A DNA stretch of 35,961 nt. Source: a virus. The position numbers and the translations under genes are program-made. The notes beneath the pieces were generated by a model. It had not been told where the DNA came from. It did not search any database and was given only the letters and a program-made list of their open reading frames with translations. Below, one piece after another: positions 1-8,862 of the stretch; the stretch's first letter is position 1; the number at the start of each line of letters is the position of its first letter. The stretch spans positions 1-35,961 of the IMG/VR virus record IMGVR_UViG_3300005825_000044, one strand, 5' to 3'.

Positions 1-1352
1 ATGAAGACCCGGCACGACGCGTCGGTCTGGAAGCGGTCGACCGCGGCCTGCCGGTCCTGCTGCGAGGTGTCGCCGGTCAGCGTGACTACCCCGTGCGCGC
101 CGAGCTTCTCCGCGAGCGCAGCGATGACCGCCTTGTGATGCGCGAAGATCACCAGCTTGCGTCCGTCGGCGAGCGCCTCCTCGCAGTGCTCAGCCGCGGC
201 GTCGACCTTCGCGAGCGCGGTCTCGTAGCGCGTCGCCGACATCTCCGTGAACGCCACGCTCGCACCGGCGCGGAGCCGTGCCACCGCGGCGTCGTAGTCC
301 GCAGCGTCGTCCGACGCGCGGCTCAGCTCGACCGCGGCGCGAAGCTCCTCGAGCTGCTCGTCGTACCGGTCCGCGGCGCCGCCGTCCGAGTAGCCGTCGA
401 CCGCAAGCTCCACGACCTGGCGACGCTTCGCCGGGAGGTCCTTCAGCACGTCGGCCTTGAGCCTGCGTACCATGCACGTTGTGCGGAGCCGCTCCTGCAA
501 CTCGGCAGCGTTGCTCGAGCCGGAGAAGTCCCAGCCGTACCGGCCCTGGAAGGCGCCGCAGTACTTCTTCGCGTACGTCATGAACCCTGCGCCGCTGCCC
601 TCCGCGCGAGCCGGGTACTTGCCCCACGCCGGCTTCGCCGGGTCCCAGCTCGCGGGGTCGATCATCTGCAAAATCGACCACAGCTCGATCGGCTTGTTCA
701 GCACCGGTGTGCCGGTCAACCCGACGCGACGGCGACCGCCTCCGATGATCTCCCGGACCAGCTTCGTACGCTGCGCCTTGGGATTCTTGCAGTAGTGGAT
801 CTCGTCACCGACGACGAGGTCCCACGCGCGGAGGAGCTGCGCCCTGTGCTTCTTCAGCACGTCGTAGTTGGCGACGACCCAGAGCGTCCTCTCGGTCTCG
901 TAGTCGATCGGCGGGCACTTCCCGTTGACGACCGCGACCTCGACGGGGCGCGTGCTCCAGCGCTCGATCTCGCGCTTCCAGTTCAGCTTCAGGCTCGCCG
1001 GGCAGATCACCAGCACGCGGCGAACCGTGTCGTCAGCGTTCGCGATCCCGATCGCCTGGACTGTCTTGCCGAGCCCCATCTCGTCGGCGATCAGCGTGCC
1101 GGTCCGCTCCAGCGCGTACGCGATCCCGGCGCGCTGGTAGGGCAGGTAGTCGAGACCCTCGGGGACCGGGACGTCGACGTCGGCAGTGGTGGCGCGCGAT
1201 GCGGCTACGACTGCGGCCGCTGCCTTGCCCTCCGCCGAGCACGCCGCGTGGTCGACACCGCGGACGCCGCGCACCCAGGAGACGCGGTCGCCCGCCGCGA
1301 TAGGACCGCCGCAGGTCTTGCAGCGACCGTCGTACTTGCTCGTGATGATCAT
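1..1352 (-). CDS. SNF2/HARP (SMARCAL1-like) helicase, 3' end outside the window
   Basis: Not in the ORF track (no stop in window); translated manually from ATG at 1352, which overlaps the upstream TGA. Motifs: [16 protein letters not shown]..., [17 protein letters not shown] (motif I), [15 protein letters not shown] (II), LTGTPVLN (III), [28 protein letters not shown]. Confidence 0.93.
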   Translation of the reverse strand, partial: MIITSKYDGRCKTCGGPIAAGDRVSWVRGVRGVDHAACSAEGKAAAAVVAASRATTADVDVPVPEGLDYLPYQRAGIAYALERTGTLIADEMGLGKTVQAIGIANADDTVRRVLVICPASLKLNWKREIERWSTRPVEVAVVNGKCPPIDYETERTLWVVANYDVLKKHRAQLLRAWDLVVGDEIHYCKNPKAQRTKLVREIIGGGRRRVGLTGTPVLNKPIELWSILQMIDPASWDPAKPAWGKYPARAEGSGAGFMTYAKKYCGAFQGRYGWDFSGSSNAAELQERLRTTCMVRRLKADVLKDLPAKRRQVVELAVDGYSDGGAADRYDEQLEELRAAVELSRASDDAADYDAAVARLRAGASVAFTEMSATRYETALAKVDAAAEHCEEALADGRKLVIFAHHKAVIAALAEKLGAHGVVTLTGDTSQQDRQAAVDRFQTDASCRVF

Positions 1353-1885
1353 GACGCCACCGCCGCCGCGCGCTTCTCCTTGAGGTAGGCGTGGACCTGC
1401 GTGCTGACGCCGTCCAACTCCGCGCGAATCAGCGAGCGGGCCTCCATGTAGACCGCGAGGTCCTTGTCGTCGAGCGACGACCATGAGGGGAGCGCCGCGT
1501 TCATCGCCGCGCGGATCCGGGCGGCCTTCAGAGCGAGGTCTCGGTTGGTGTCCGCGGCAGCGACCGCGTCAGCGACGTCCTCCGTGTTCATGCTCGACCA
1601 CGCGACCATGACGCGCGTCGCGACACACGTGGCGTTCCCTTCGAGAGTCAGCTCGAAGCCGAACTTCACGCGACCACCCATGAACGAGCCGTCGCCGACC
1701 TCGCATTCGTAGCCGCCCAACGAAGACAGCATGGCGACGAGGAGCGGCTCCACACCGAGCGCAGCAGCGACCTCCCGCTCGAGCCGGGATCCTGGAACCG
1801 CGAGCGCCGCACCGGCACGCATCGCGGCGAGCAGCGCGTCGCTGACGTCCTTCGGGCTGTTGTCTCCGAGCTTATTCTTGGTCAT
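1349..1885 (-). CDS. hypothetical protein (178 aa), first gene after a sigma70-type promoter
   Basis: ATG at 1885 (MTKNKLG...) with strong SD AAGGAGG at 1894-1900; stop overlaps the helicase ATG. The longer ORF-track start runs through a promoter and another gene. Confidence 0.75.
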   Translation of the reverse strand: MTKNKLGDNSPKDVSDALLAAMRAGAALAVPGSRLEREVAAALGVEPLLVAMLSSLGGYECEVGDGSFMGGRVKFGFELTLEGNATCVATRVMVAWSSMNTEDVADAVAAADTNRDLALKAARIRAAMNAALPSWSSLDDKDLAVYMEARSLIRAELDGVSTQVHAYLKEKRAAAVAS

Positions 1886-1927
1886 CCGGGAATCCTCCTT
1901 CGGTGGCGCATCGCCGACCGTGAGAAG

Positions 1928-1956
1928 ACTATAAACCCGGTCCCCGGGGATGTCCA
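1928..1956 (-). promoter_or_regulatory. sigma70-type promoter TGGACA-N17-TATAGT
   Basis: Near-consensus -35/-10 with 17-bp spacer and an AT-rich tract upstream (1957-1975). Near-identical copy at 19179-19207. Confidence 0.85.
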
Positions 1957-1977
1957 CACATTTAGAAAGAAAAGAGT

Positions 1978-2226
1978 CTAGCCCCCGGAAACGCCGCTCT
2001 TTCGGGCCAACCCCGCGGCGTAGCGCCGGACCGCGGCGTGCAGCTCGGGGTCGAGGTCGAGCCGCAGCACGGACGCCTTGCGGGGCCTGCCGCGAGTCAC
2101 ACCACGGGCCAGCACGCGCCGGACGTCGGACGGGAAGCACCCCGCGAGCCTCGCTGTCTCCTCCACTGTCTTCTTCTTCGAGAGCTTCCTGATCAGCTCG
2201 ACGTCGACCTTCTTCTTCCGCTTCAC
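1978..2226 (-). CDS. small basic DNA-binding protein (HTH-like + RGRPR + possible RHH)
   Basis: TVEETARLAGCFPSDVRRVL is HTH-like, RGRPRK is AT-hook-like, LRLDLDPELHAAVRRYA is RHH-like. SD GGAGG and overlapping start. Confidence 0.55.
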   Translation of the reverse strand: MKRKKKVDVELIRKLSKKKTVEETARLAGCFPSDVRRVLARGVTRGRPRKASVLRLDLDPELHAAVRRYAAGLARKSGVSGG

Positions 2227-2570
2227 GTTCCACCTCCGACGCGCTCTACCCTAGAGCCGTACCCACCGACAACGCGTTCCCGGTTCGCCTCGAGCGTGCC
2301 GAGAACGTAGATCACGTCGACGTGTCGAAGCATAGTGCGGTCGCGCGCTGTCCGGTTCGAGATCGCGTTCGCACCGTTGCCGGGCGTCGACCACATCGCG
2401 TGCACGACGCCGCTGCACCGGCACTGCCGCGCGACCGCTGGCGCGACAGCGTACGGAGAGTCGTCGTGGTAGACGATCAGATCGCTCCCGTGATCGCGCG
2501 CGAGCTTCTTCACCAGAGCACGCGCGCGGTTCCCGTCACCTCCGGCGCCACCGAGTATCGCGACGATCAC
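2223..2570 (-). CDS. hypothetical protein, possible SLOG/YspA (DUF2493)-like Rossmann fold
   Basis: GTG at 2570 overlaps the upstream TGA; N-terminal IVAILGG...R and later RDRTML...DVIYV resemble SLOG-family patterns. Confidence 0.4.
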   Translation of the reverse strand: MIVAILGGAGGDGNRARALVKKLARDHGSDLIVYHDDSPYAVAPAVARQCRCSGVVHAMWSTPGNGANAISNRTARDRTMLRHVDVIYVLGTLEANRERVVGGYGSRVERVGGGT

Positions 2571-3013
2571 GACAGCACCCTGGTCACCCTGTCGGTCGCG
2601 AGGCACTCGTAGACGCTGTCCTCGCTCGCGCCACTGACCCGGACCGCGACCGTGTCGCTTCCCTCCCTGACGATTGTCCAGTCGCGCAGCTCGCCGCGAC
2701 GCCGCATCAGCTCGGCCCTGATCGCCAAGCCCGTCGGCCCCACCCTGCCGAAGCGCTCCTTCACAGCATTGAGCGCCGCGACGTCGACCCGCTTCGCGCA
2801 GAGCACGATCAGATCCTCGGGACCGCAGACCATCGCCTCGACGAGGTCGGCGGCGTCAGACGTGACGTAGAACGGAAGACGGTCCCCGAACACCTCGCGC
2901 GCCAGTGCTTCGCGAGCGGACATCCCGCGCTCCTCAGCGAGTCTCCTGCCGAGCCCGACCATCACCTCGTAGTCACCCATACCCTCGAATACTACCCGCT
3001 CGGTACCGCTCAC
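2567..3013 (-). CDS. hypothetical protein (148 aa)
   Basis: GTGA overlaps at both ends; phage-like GC3 codon usage. Confidence 0.65.
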   Translation of the reverse strand: MSGTERVVFEGMGDYEVMVGLGRRLAEERGMSAREALAREVFGDRLPFYVTSDAADLVEAMVCGPEDLIVLCAKRVDVAALNAVKERFGRVGPTGLAIRAELMRRRGELRDWTIVREGSDTVAVRVSGASEDSVYECLATDRVTRVLS

Positions 3014-3729
3014 GGCCGCACTCCCGCGTTGTAGAGCCGTACCCGCTCCGCGCCGACCGCGTAGCTGGCGGGGTCCGCGTCGCAGCCGAACGAGCGCCTG
3101 CCGAGCTGCGACGCTGCTATCAGCGTGTGGGCGCCGCCGGCGCACGGGTCGGCGACGAGGTCGTTCGGCCTGGAGTAGTCGCGCACCAGCTCGCGCATCA
3201 GCCACAGCGGCTTGTGCCCGGTGAGCCCCCGCACGCCGAAGCTGTTCCTGTCGCGCTGACCCGGCGGCAGGATGTAGGCGCCGCGCAGCGTGCCCCACGT
3301 GGAGAACGCGCGGTGCCGTGGCCGCGCCGTCATGATGAAGCACGTCCACTGACTCGAGCCGTCGCCGACGCGACGGACCCTGCTACCGACGTCGACGTAC
3401 GGGATCGCTGGGAACGCGTAGAGCCCCGCCGCCCTGAACGAGCGCTTCCACGCACCGATCAACTCGTCGTCGCAGAACGCCACGATCCAACCCACGGTGA
3501 TCGGCGCGACCGTCTGCACGAACTCCTCGACGTCGGGCTCCGACCACGCCCCGTACCCGATCTCGGATCGGTAGTTGCCGTCGCCGACGAAGTCGCGCCC
3601 CGCGTTGTGGCCCAGCATCGTGACCGGGCTGTACGGCGGGTCCGTGATCACGCAGTCCAGCAGGCGTCCCCGCAGCGCGTCCTGGTAGCGGCCCCGCACC
3701 AGCTCCGGTTTGTGGAAGACGCGCCTCAC
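3010..3729 (-). CDS. DNA methyltransferase, N6-adenine/N4-cytosine, beta class
   Basis: TDPPY catalytic motif near the N-terminus; HKPLWLMRELV...S..NDLVADPCAGG SAM-binding motif near the C-terminus. GTG at 3729 overlaps the upstream stop. Confidence 0.88.
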   Translation of the reverse strand: MRRVFHKPELVRGRYQDALRGRLLDCVITDPPYSPVTMLGHNAGRDFVGDGNYRSEIGYGAWSEPDVEEFVQTVAPITVGWIVAFCDDELIGAWKRSFRAAGLYAFPAIPYVDVGSRVRRVGDGSSQWTCFIMTARPRHRAFSTWGTLRGAYILPPGQRDRNSFGVRGLTGHKPLWLMRELVRDYSRPNDLVADPCAGGAHTLIAASQLGRRSFGCDADPASYAVGAERVRLYNAGVRP

Positions 3730-4127
3730 GCCGGAACCTCGACGACCTCGGAGAACTCCCAGCCGTCGTGCGTCCAGCGCTCCACGCGGAAGCACTGGCC
3801 ACCGCTCCGGCGAGTACCCTGCACGAAGCCCCAGACCTCGATCGTGACCGCGGGCCGCAGGTCGGGGAACCCGCCGGCGACCTCCGCGACCTTCTTCTTC
3901 CGCGCGCTCATCGACCCGCGGACCGTGACCTGGATCATGCAGATACTCTTCGGCGCGCGACGGACCATCATCAGATCGAAGACCCCGAACAGGTCGTTGC
4001 TGTGGCTGAACCACTTCCCGTCGCGCGTGGTGTTCGTCTGCTGCGCGTGGTGGCCGAAGTAGCCGCGGGCCTCGAGCGCGCGACTTGCCTTCGTCTCCGT
4101 CGCCCTGCCGCTGCTACGCGTCGTCAT
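3726..4127 (-). CDS. PD-(D/E)xK nuclease, Hjc-like Holliday junction resolvase candidate
   Basis: GRATETKASRALEARGY...DLFGVFDLMMV...MIQV pattern typical of Hjc-like phage nucleases; lies in the recombination cluster. Confidence 0.6.
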   Translation of the reverse strand: MTTRSSGRATETKASRALEARGYFGHHAQQTNTTRDGKWFSHSNDLFGVFDLMMVRRAPKSICMIQVTVRGSMSARKKKVAEVAGGFPDLRPAVTIEVWGFVQGTRRSGGQCFRVERWTHDGWEFSEVVEVPA

Positions 4128-4302
4128 GGTCAGCAGCATCCCAGCCAGACTTGAAGAACGCCCAGGCGGATTGAAGCGCGCCGTACCCGTACTGTCGGTG
4201 CTTCATCTCCCGGACGAACGACGACCACGCAGGATGCCGCGTCCTGGTATCAGAACCGGCGCCGTCCCACCCGAGAACCTCGATCATCTCAGACTCGTTC
4301 AC
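4114..4302 (-). CDS. hypothetical protein (62 aa)
   Basis: Fills the gap between sbcC and the nuclease; start overlaps the sbcC stop. Confidence 0.55.
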   Translation of the reverse strand: MNESEMIEVLGWDGAGSDTRTRHPAWSSFVREMKHRQYGYGALQSAWAFFKSGWDAADHDDA

Positions 4303-6230
4303 TCGACCACCGCCCTCGACCTGTTGCCCTCGCGCATCACCACTACACGGTGCGGCAGCGCGTCCAGCAGCGCGGAGTCGTGGCTCACCACGAACGCCTG
4401 CTCCAGCCCTACCGAGCCGAGCATCCCGGCGAACGTCGCGCTGAGCGCGCCCCGTGCCTCGGCGTCAAGCATCCCGAACGGCTCGTCGACGCACGCCCAG
4501 CCGACAGGGGTCCCGGTAGACTCCCGGAGCACCGCGGCGGCCCCGAGCCGGATCGCGCACGCCACGACCGCGCGCGTACCACCGCTAGCTGCCCGCACGT
4601 CGTCCAGCTCGCCGCTGCCGTCCGCTACTAGGATCTCCAACTCGTCCGCCATCCTAGGGCCACGAGGGTCCCCGCACGCGGGGCACACCTTGACCCGGCG
4701 GCCCGGCCCGTACGAGGCGCCGCACCCGGAGCACGACAGCTCGAGGTCCTTGGTCGGCCGCTCCCAGGCGAACTCCACGCTGAGCCCGACGTCGGCAAGC
4801 AGCGCGTTCGCGGCATCCTCGAGCCGGAGCACGAGCCGGCGCGCGATCCTCGCCGGGGCTCCAGAGGGACCCACCACCTGGACGGCGCGCTGCACGGCAG
4901 CCAGGGCCGCCGTAGCGGCCTTCAGCGCGGCGCCGTGGCGCTCCGCGTCGCCGAGCGCGCGGTCGGACTCCTCGACCAGCAGCGCGCTTCCTGCGCGACG
5001 CTTGACCGCTGCCTCGTACTCCGCGCGGATCTCCGCGGCCGGGGGCTGCGCTGCCGCGGCCGGGGGCTGTGCCGCACGAAGCTCAGCGAGCGTCAGAGCG
5101 AGCCGCTTGCCGTCGGCAGCCACGACGCTGAGACGGTCCGACGCGCGCTGCCTGTCGCGCTCCGAGGCGCGCATCTCGGCGACAGAGCGCTCGAGCGAGC
5201 GGTGCTCCTCGAGAGCCACGTTGACCCGGCCGCGCGCCTCGGAAGCCCGCTCCTCCCCGTCACGGAGCTGGGCACGGACGCGGTCAGCGACGGGGCACTC
5301 CGAGCACGTGACCGGGCACTCCCCGCTGAACTCCGCTGTGCCGTCGACGAGCGCGAGCGCGTCACGAGCAGCATTCATCACGGAGCGAGCCTCGACGAGA
5401 CGCGCCACCTCAGACTCCGTGTCCGGGACCTTCCAACCCCGCAGCTTGTCGCGCAGCTCCCCGTACTCCTTACGCGCCGCAGCAGCGCTCTCCTCGCACG
5501 CGGCGACGTCGCGTTCCCAGCGAGCCCTCCTGTCAGCGGCAGCCGAGGCTTCTGCGGCTGCGTCGAGCCGCGCACGGGCGTCTGCAATGAACACGTCGTC
5601 GGCTTCGACGGATGCCAGCAGCGCGGCACGGTCGTCGTCGGAGAGCACGCGACTAAACGACGCGTCGAGCAGCGCGCGCTCCCGGTCCACTACGGCGCGC
5701 GCAGCCGCGAGCCGCTCCGCTCCGACCCTCTGCACGTCGGCCCAGTACCCGAGCCGGAGCCACCCGGAGACGACACCGCGACGCTTGCCGCTCGGCAGGC
5801 CGACGAGCGACTCGAGGTCGGCCTGCGAGAAGTTCACGGTCGCGTCGTAGTCGGCGAGCGAGATCCCGAGCACGCGCGCGACCTCGTCCTCCGCAGCGGA
5901 GCCCTCGTAGCTCTGCTCGTCCAGCGTGGCGACTACACGTGTCGGTCCACCGCGAGCCCGCGAGCGCTCCACGACCAGGTCGCCTACCGAGACGCGCACC
6001 CGCACCGACTTCGCGTCGACGTGGATGATCGAGTCCTCGAGCCGCTTCCGGTGCGCGCCGAACAGGCACCACCGCACAGCCTCGAGCAGCGACGTCTTGC
6101 CGCTCCGGTTCGACTTCCGCTCGTCGCCGTCCCGGACACCGACCACAGCGATCGGCCCGGCAGGGACGTCCAGACCGACGCCGTCGAAGAACGGCATCCA
6201 GCCCTCGACCGCGACGCGCTCGATCCTCAC
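4299..6230 (-). CDS. sbcC: SbcC/Rad50 (T4 gp46-like) ATPase
   Basis: Walker A NRSGKTSLLEAV, Q-loop FSQ, long coiled coil with central Cys motif (CPVTCSECPV), signature SGG, Walker B/D-loop VDEPFGMLD, H-loop VVSH. Confidence 0.92.
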   Translation of the reverse strand: MRIERVAVEGWMPFFDGVGLDVPAGPIAVVGVRDGDERKSNRSGKTSLLEAVRWCLFGAHRKRLEDSIIHVDAKSVRVRVSVGDLVVERSRARGGPTRVVATLDEQSYEGSAAEDEVARVLGISLADYDATVNFSQADLESLVGLPSGKRRGVVSGWLRLGYWADVQRVGAERLAAARAVVDRERALLDASFSRVLSDDDRAALLASVEADDVFIADARARLDAAAEASAAADRRARWERDVAACEESAAAARKEYGELRDKLRGWKVPDTESEVARLVEARSVMNAARDALALVDGTAEFSGECPVTCSECPVADRVRAQLRDGEERASEARGRVNVALEEHRSLERSVAEMRASERDRQRASDRLSVVAADGKRLALTLAELRAAQPPAAAAQPPAAEIRAEYEAAVKRRAGSALLVEESDRALGDAERHGAALKAATAALAAVQRAVQVVGPSGAPARIARRLVLRLEDAANALLADVGLSVEFAWERPTKDLELSCSGCGASYGPGRRVKVCPACGDPRGPRMADELEILVADGSGELDDVRAASGGTRAVVACAIRLGAAAVLRESTGTPVGWACVDEPFGMLDAEARGALSATFAGMLGSVGLEQAFVVSHDSALLDALPHRVVVMREGNRSRAVVE

Positions 6231-6589
6231 AGGCCGGCCTCGTCGAAGAACGACATCGCTTGCTCGAGCGCTGCCGGCTCGTCAGCAAGCATCGCGCGGA
6301 CCTCCTCCCGAGGGTCGACCCGGTCCGACGAACCGGCAGCGCGGGCGGCAGACTCGTCGGGAACGAAGCGGGGCAGCACGGAGACCGACAGCGCGCCGAG
6401 ACCGAGGAGCCTCTTCTTGACCGCAGCGACGTCGACGGTACCGCGCTCCGAGCGCCGCAGCAGAGGGGTCACCTTCACGTGGGCCCCCGCCACCCCGATG
6501 CTCGGCTCAAGCTCGTCGGTCACGACGAGCCGCGGGGTCGGCACGCTCACGAACTCGACCGCTGACTTCGTTACCCTCTTGCGAGCCAC
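6227..6589 (-). CDS. probable C-terminal (capping/SbcC-binding) part of a split SbcD
   Basis: Begins 1 nt after the phosphoesterase stop; V.GAHVKV...V...L...GA..V and DPREEVRAML patterns resemble Mre11/SbcD C-terminal regions. Confidence 0.5.
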   Translation of the reverse strand: MARKRVTKSAVEFVSVPTPRLVVTDELEPSIGVAGAHVKVTPLLRRSERGTVDVAAVKKRLLGLGALSVSVLPRFVPDESAARAAGSSDRVDPREEVRAMLADEPAALEQAMSFFDEAGL

Positions 6590-6590
6590 C

Positions 6591-7322
6591 TCACACCTCC
6601 GCGATCAGAAATCCCTTGTCAGTCTCGTCGCCGTCGAACGAGAACGAGCACGGCGATCCCGGTACCTCGACGGTGAGACCACCGACGCTCACGGTCTGCC
6701 GCCTGTGGTAGTGGCCGTTGACCACGAGCGACGGCTCGAGCCGCTTGATCGTATCCACAGGCAGTAGCTGGTCATCGCCGCGCGCCATCTCCGAGGACTC
6801 GTTGCCGAGCACGGCGCCGGGCACCGTGAGGTGGGAGACGACGACGCACCCCTTCGCGGCGTCGACGAACGCGTCGCGAGCGGCGTCGATGTACTGCCCC
6901 GAGAGGTATACCCGCTTCGAGACGTACGGCAGGCAGAGGACGTTGACCCGCTCGAAGTACCGCGGCAGCTCCGCCACGAAGATCCCCGCACCGTGACGAC
7001 TCCAGTGGTCGTACTCAGCGACGCGCGCGAGCGGGCTCATCGTCGTGACGACGCGCGAGCTGTGCAGCACTCCGTGGTTACCGGGGATCGCGACGAAGTT
7101 GACGCCGCGCGCCACCACGTCGATCCCAAGCGCGATGAACCGCGACACGCTGCGCAGCACGTCGCGCGAGTCGACGTCGCAGAGGTCACCGCTGAACACG
7201 ACCGTGTCGATCCCTTCGAGGGACCCGAGGATCTTCCCGTAGAACTCCTCGACCTCGGGCTCCCGGGGGACCCCGTTCGTCACGGAGTCGTCGTGCACGT
7301 CGCTGAATAACAGGTAACGCAT
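6591..7322 (-). CDS. sbcD: SbcD/Mre11 (gp47-like) metallophosphoesterase nuclease domain
   Basis: SDVH, GDLCD, GNH, SH and GHYH calcineurin-like motifs, then PGSP...SF; just upstream of sbcC. Confidence 0.88.
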   Translation of the reverse strand: MRYLLFSDVHDDSVTNGVPREPEVEEFYGKILGSLEGIDTVVFSGDLCDVDSRDVLRSVSRFIALGIDVVARGVNFVAIPGNHGVLHSSRVVTTMSPLARVAEYDHWSRHGAGIFVAELPRYFERVNVLCLPYVSKRVYLSGQYIDAARDAFVDAAKGCVVVSHLTVPGAVLGNESSEMARGDDQLLPVDTIKRLEPSLVVNGHYHRRQTVSVGGLTVEVPGSPCSFSFDGDETDKGFLIAEV

Positions 7323-7324
7323 GG

Positions 7325-7546
7325 TCAACCCTTACCGGTCAGCACACCGAGAGCGGTCCCCGGAGACGCACACGCCGACCGCAGGAGGGTTCGGACGACG
7401 TCGGCCCGCGTGTAGCGGACACCGACGTCGAGACTCGCGCGGAGCCTGAGGTCCTCGAGCGCGGCGTCCAGACCGGGCTCGACCCTGACGAATAGTACGC
7501 GGGTCAACCCGTCCTCGTGCTTCCGCGGAGGTCGTCCCCTCTTCAT
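7325..7546 (-). CDS. ribbon-helix-helix (CopG/Arc-like) DNA-binding protein
   Basis: KRGRPP basic arm, beta strand VLFVRV, helix LDAALEDL, second helix TRADVVRTLL. Confidence 0.65.
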   Translation of the reverse strand: MKRGRPPRKHEDGLTRVLFVRVEPGLDAALEDLRLRASLDVGVRYTRADVVRTLLRSACASPGTALGVLTGKG

Positions 7547-8652
7547 CGCCCGGCTCCGCTATCGATAGCAGCGCTCACCGCATCCGTGAGGGACGCCAGC
7601 AGCTCGGGGCTCTTGTTCAGCGCGCGCACCGCGCGGGACTCTCCCTGCCACCGCTTCTTGCCCCACGACAGCCAGGAGCCCGACGCCTTGATCAGCCCGA
7701 GCGACTTGCCGACGCTCACGAGGTCGCGCGCTGTATCGAACCCGGCAGGTCCCTGCGCGCCGTTGGAGAGGTGGAAGAACGTGTCAGTCCAGCGACCGTC
7801 CATGTGACCGACCTTGGACTTGTAGACGCGTACCTTGTGAGCGAACCCGATGATGCGGCCCTCTTTGTTCGGCGGGTCGCGCATCGGCATGCTCTTGCTG
7901 ATCCGCATCAGCAGAGAGGAGTCGAACAGGATCCCGGTACCACCCTTCGGCCGGTACTGGATCTCGCCCCTGTCGTCGCGCTGCTCGCGCTCCTGCACGA
8001 CGATCAGCATCGCGCAGTTGGCAGCGTCGAGCTTCGGCGTGATGTGGTCGAGCCACGCCTGGTTCAAGGCGGCGCGGTAGCGACCGTGGTGACCCTTCGC
8101 GACCTCGTCGCCACCGCCCTTGACCACGTTCGCAAGCTCGCGCTTCGGCGACAGCTTCGTCAGCGAGTCGACCACGCACAGCGAGGCGATCCCGGGCTCC
8201 TGCTTCCGCTTCTTCGCGACGTGGTCGAGGTACTCGTCGACCCCGTCGATCGTGTCCTCGTAGCTGTCCGGCAGCATCCCGAAGAAGCGGTCGCTGTCGA
8301 GCTGGTCGCCGAGCAGCTCGCGGCCGAACTCCTGCGGCGTGGAGCGCTCCGCGTCGACCAGCGCGGCGTAGTGACCGCCGAGCAGGAACGACTTGATCAT
8401 GCCGAGCACGAACGCGCTCTTGCCGCCGTGGGTCGCGCCGTGGACGGTGTGCAGCCGACGCGTGGGGAGACCGCCGACGCGGACCCCGAAGTTGAAGCTC
8501 GGGAAGATCGTGCGCACCGACGTGACGCGCTGCAGCGCGTCGGTGCCGCGCTTCCACCCCGGGACGTCGACGTCCTTCCGCCGTATCGGCGGGGGGATCT
8601 TCCCTGCCGATACGGGGTCGTCGCTCACCCTCTGCTTGCGCTTCCTGGCCAT
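7543..8652 (-). CDS. recA: RecA/UvsX-like recombinase
   Basis: GGLP, Walker A GATHGGKS, VDAE, Walker B VVDSL, Q.RE, PKGG.G..F.SS..R, K.KV and GSW motifs. Confidence 0.9.
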   Translation of the reverse strand: MARKRKQRVSDDPVSAGKIPPPIRRKDVDVPGWKRGTDALQRVTSVRTIFPSFNFGVRVGGLPTRRLHTVHGATHGGKSAFVLGMIKSFLLGGHYAALVDAERSTPQEFGRELLGDQLDSDRFFGMLPDSYEDTIDGVDEYLDHVAKKRKQEPGIASLCVVDSLTKLSPKRELANVVKGGGDEVAKGHHGRYRAALNQAWLDHITPKLDAANCAMLIVVQEREQRDDRGEIQYRPKGGTGILFDSSLLMRISKSMPMRDPPNKEGRIIGFAHKVRVYKSKVGHMDGRWTDTFFHLSNGAQGPAGFDTARDLVSVGKSLGLIKASGSWLSWGKKRWQGESRAVRALNKSPELLASLTDAVSAAIDSGAGR

Positions 8653-8853
8653 CTAGTCGTGGTCCTGTCCGATGCGCACCACAAACTCACCGACACCGTC
8701 GACGTGAACCGAGCACTCCTCGCGCCCGGGGTTCACGTCTTCCACCGTGCAGAACGAGAGGTACTCGTACGCCGCGAGGCTAGCCGCGGAACGGGCGACT
8801 CTCTCGTCGTCCGTTCCCGGCACCTCGAACTCGCAAAGGATCTTGACCCTCAT
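8653..8853 (-). CDS. hypothetical protein (66 aa)
   Basis: Exactly fills the intergenic gap and abuts the recA start. Confidence 0.6.
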   Translation of the reverse strand: MRVKILCEFEVPGTDDERVARSAASLAAYEYLSFCTVEDVNPGREECSVHVDGVGEFVVRIGQDHD

Positions 8854-8862
8854 GCCGGACCC

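Noticed and set aside
3010-4127. Methyltransferase plus adjacent nuclease as a type II restriction-modification system
   Set aside because: The nuclease is small and Hjc-like within a recombination operon; orphan phage methyltransferases are common.
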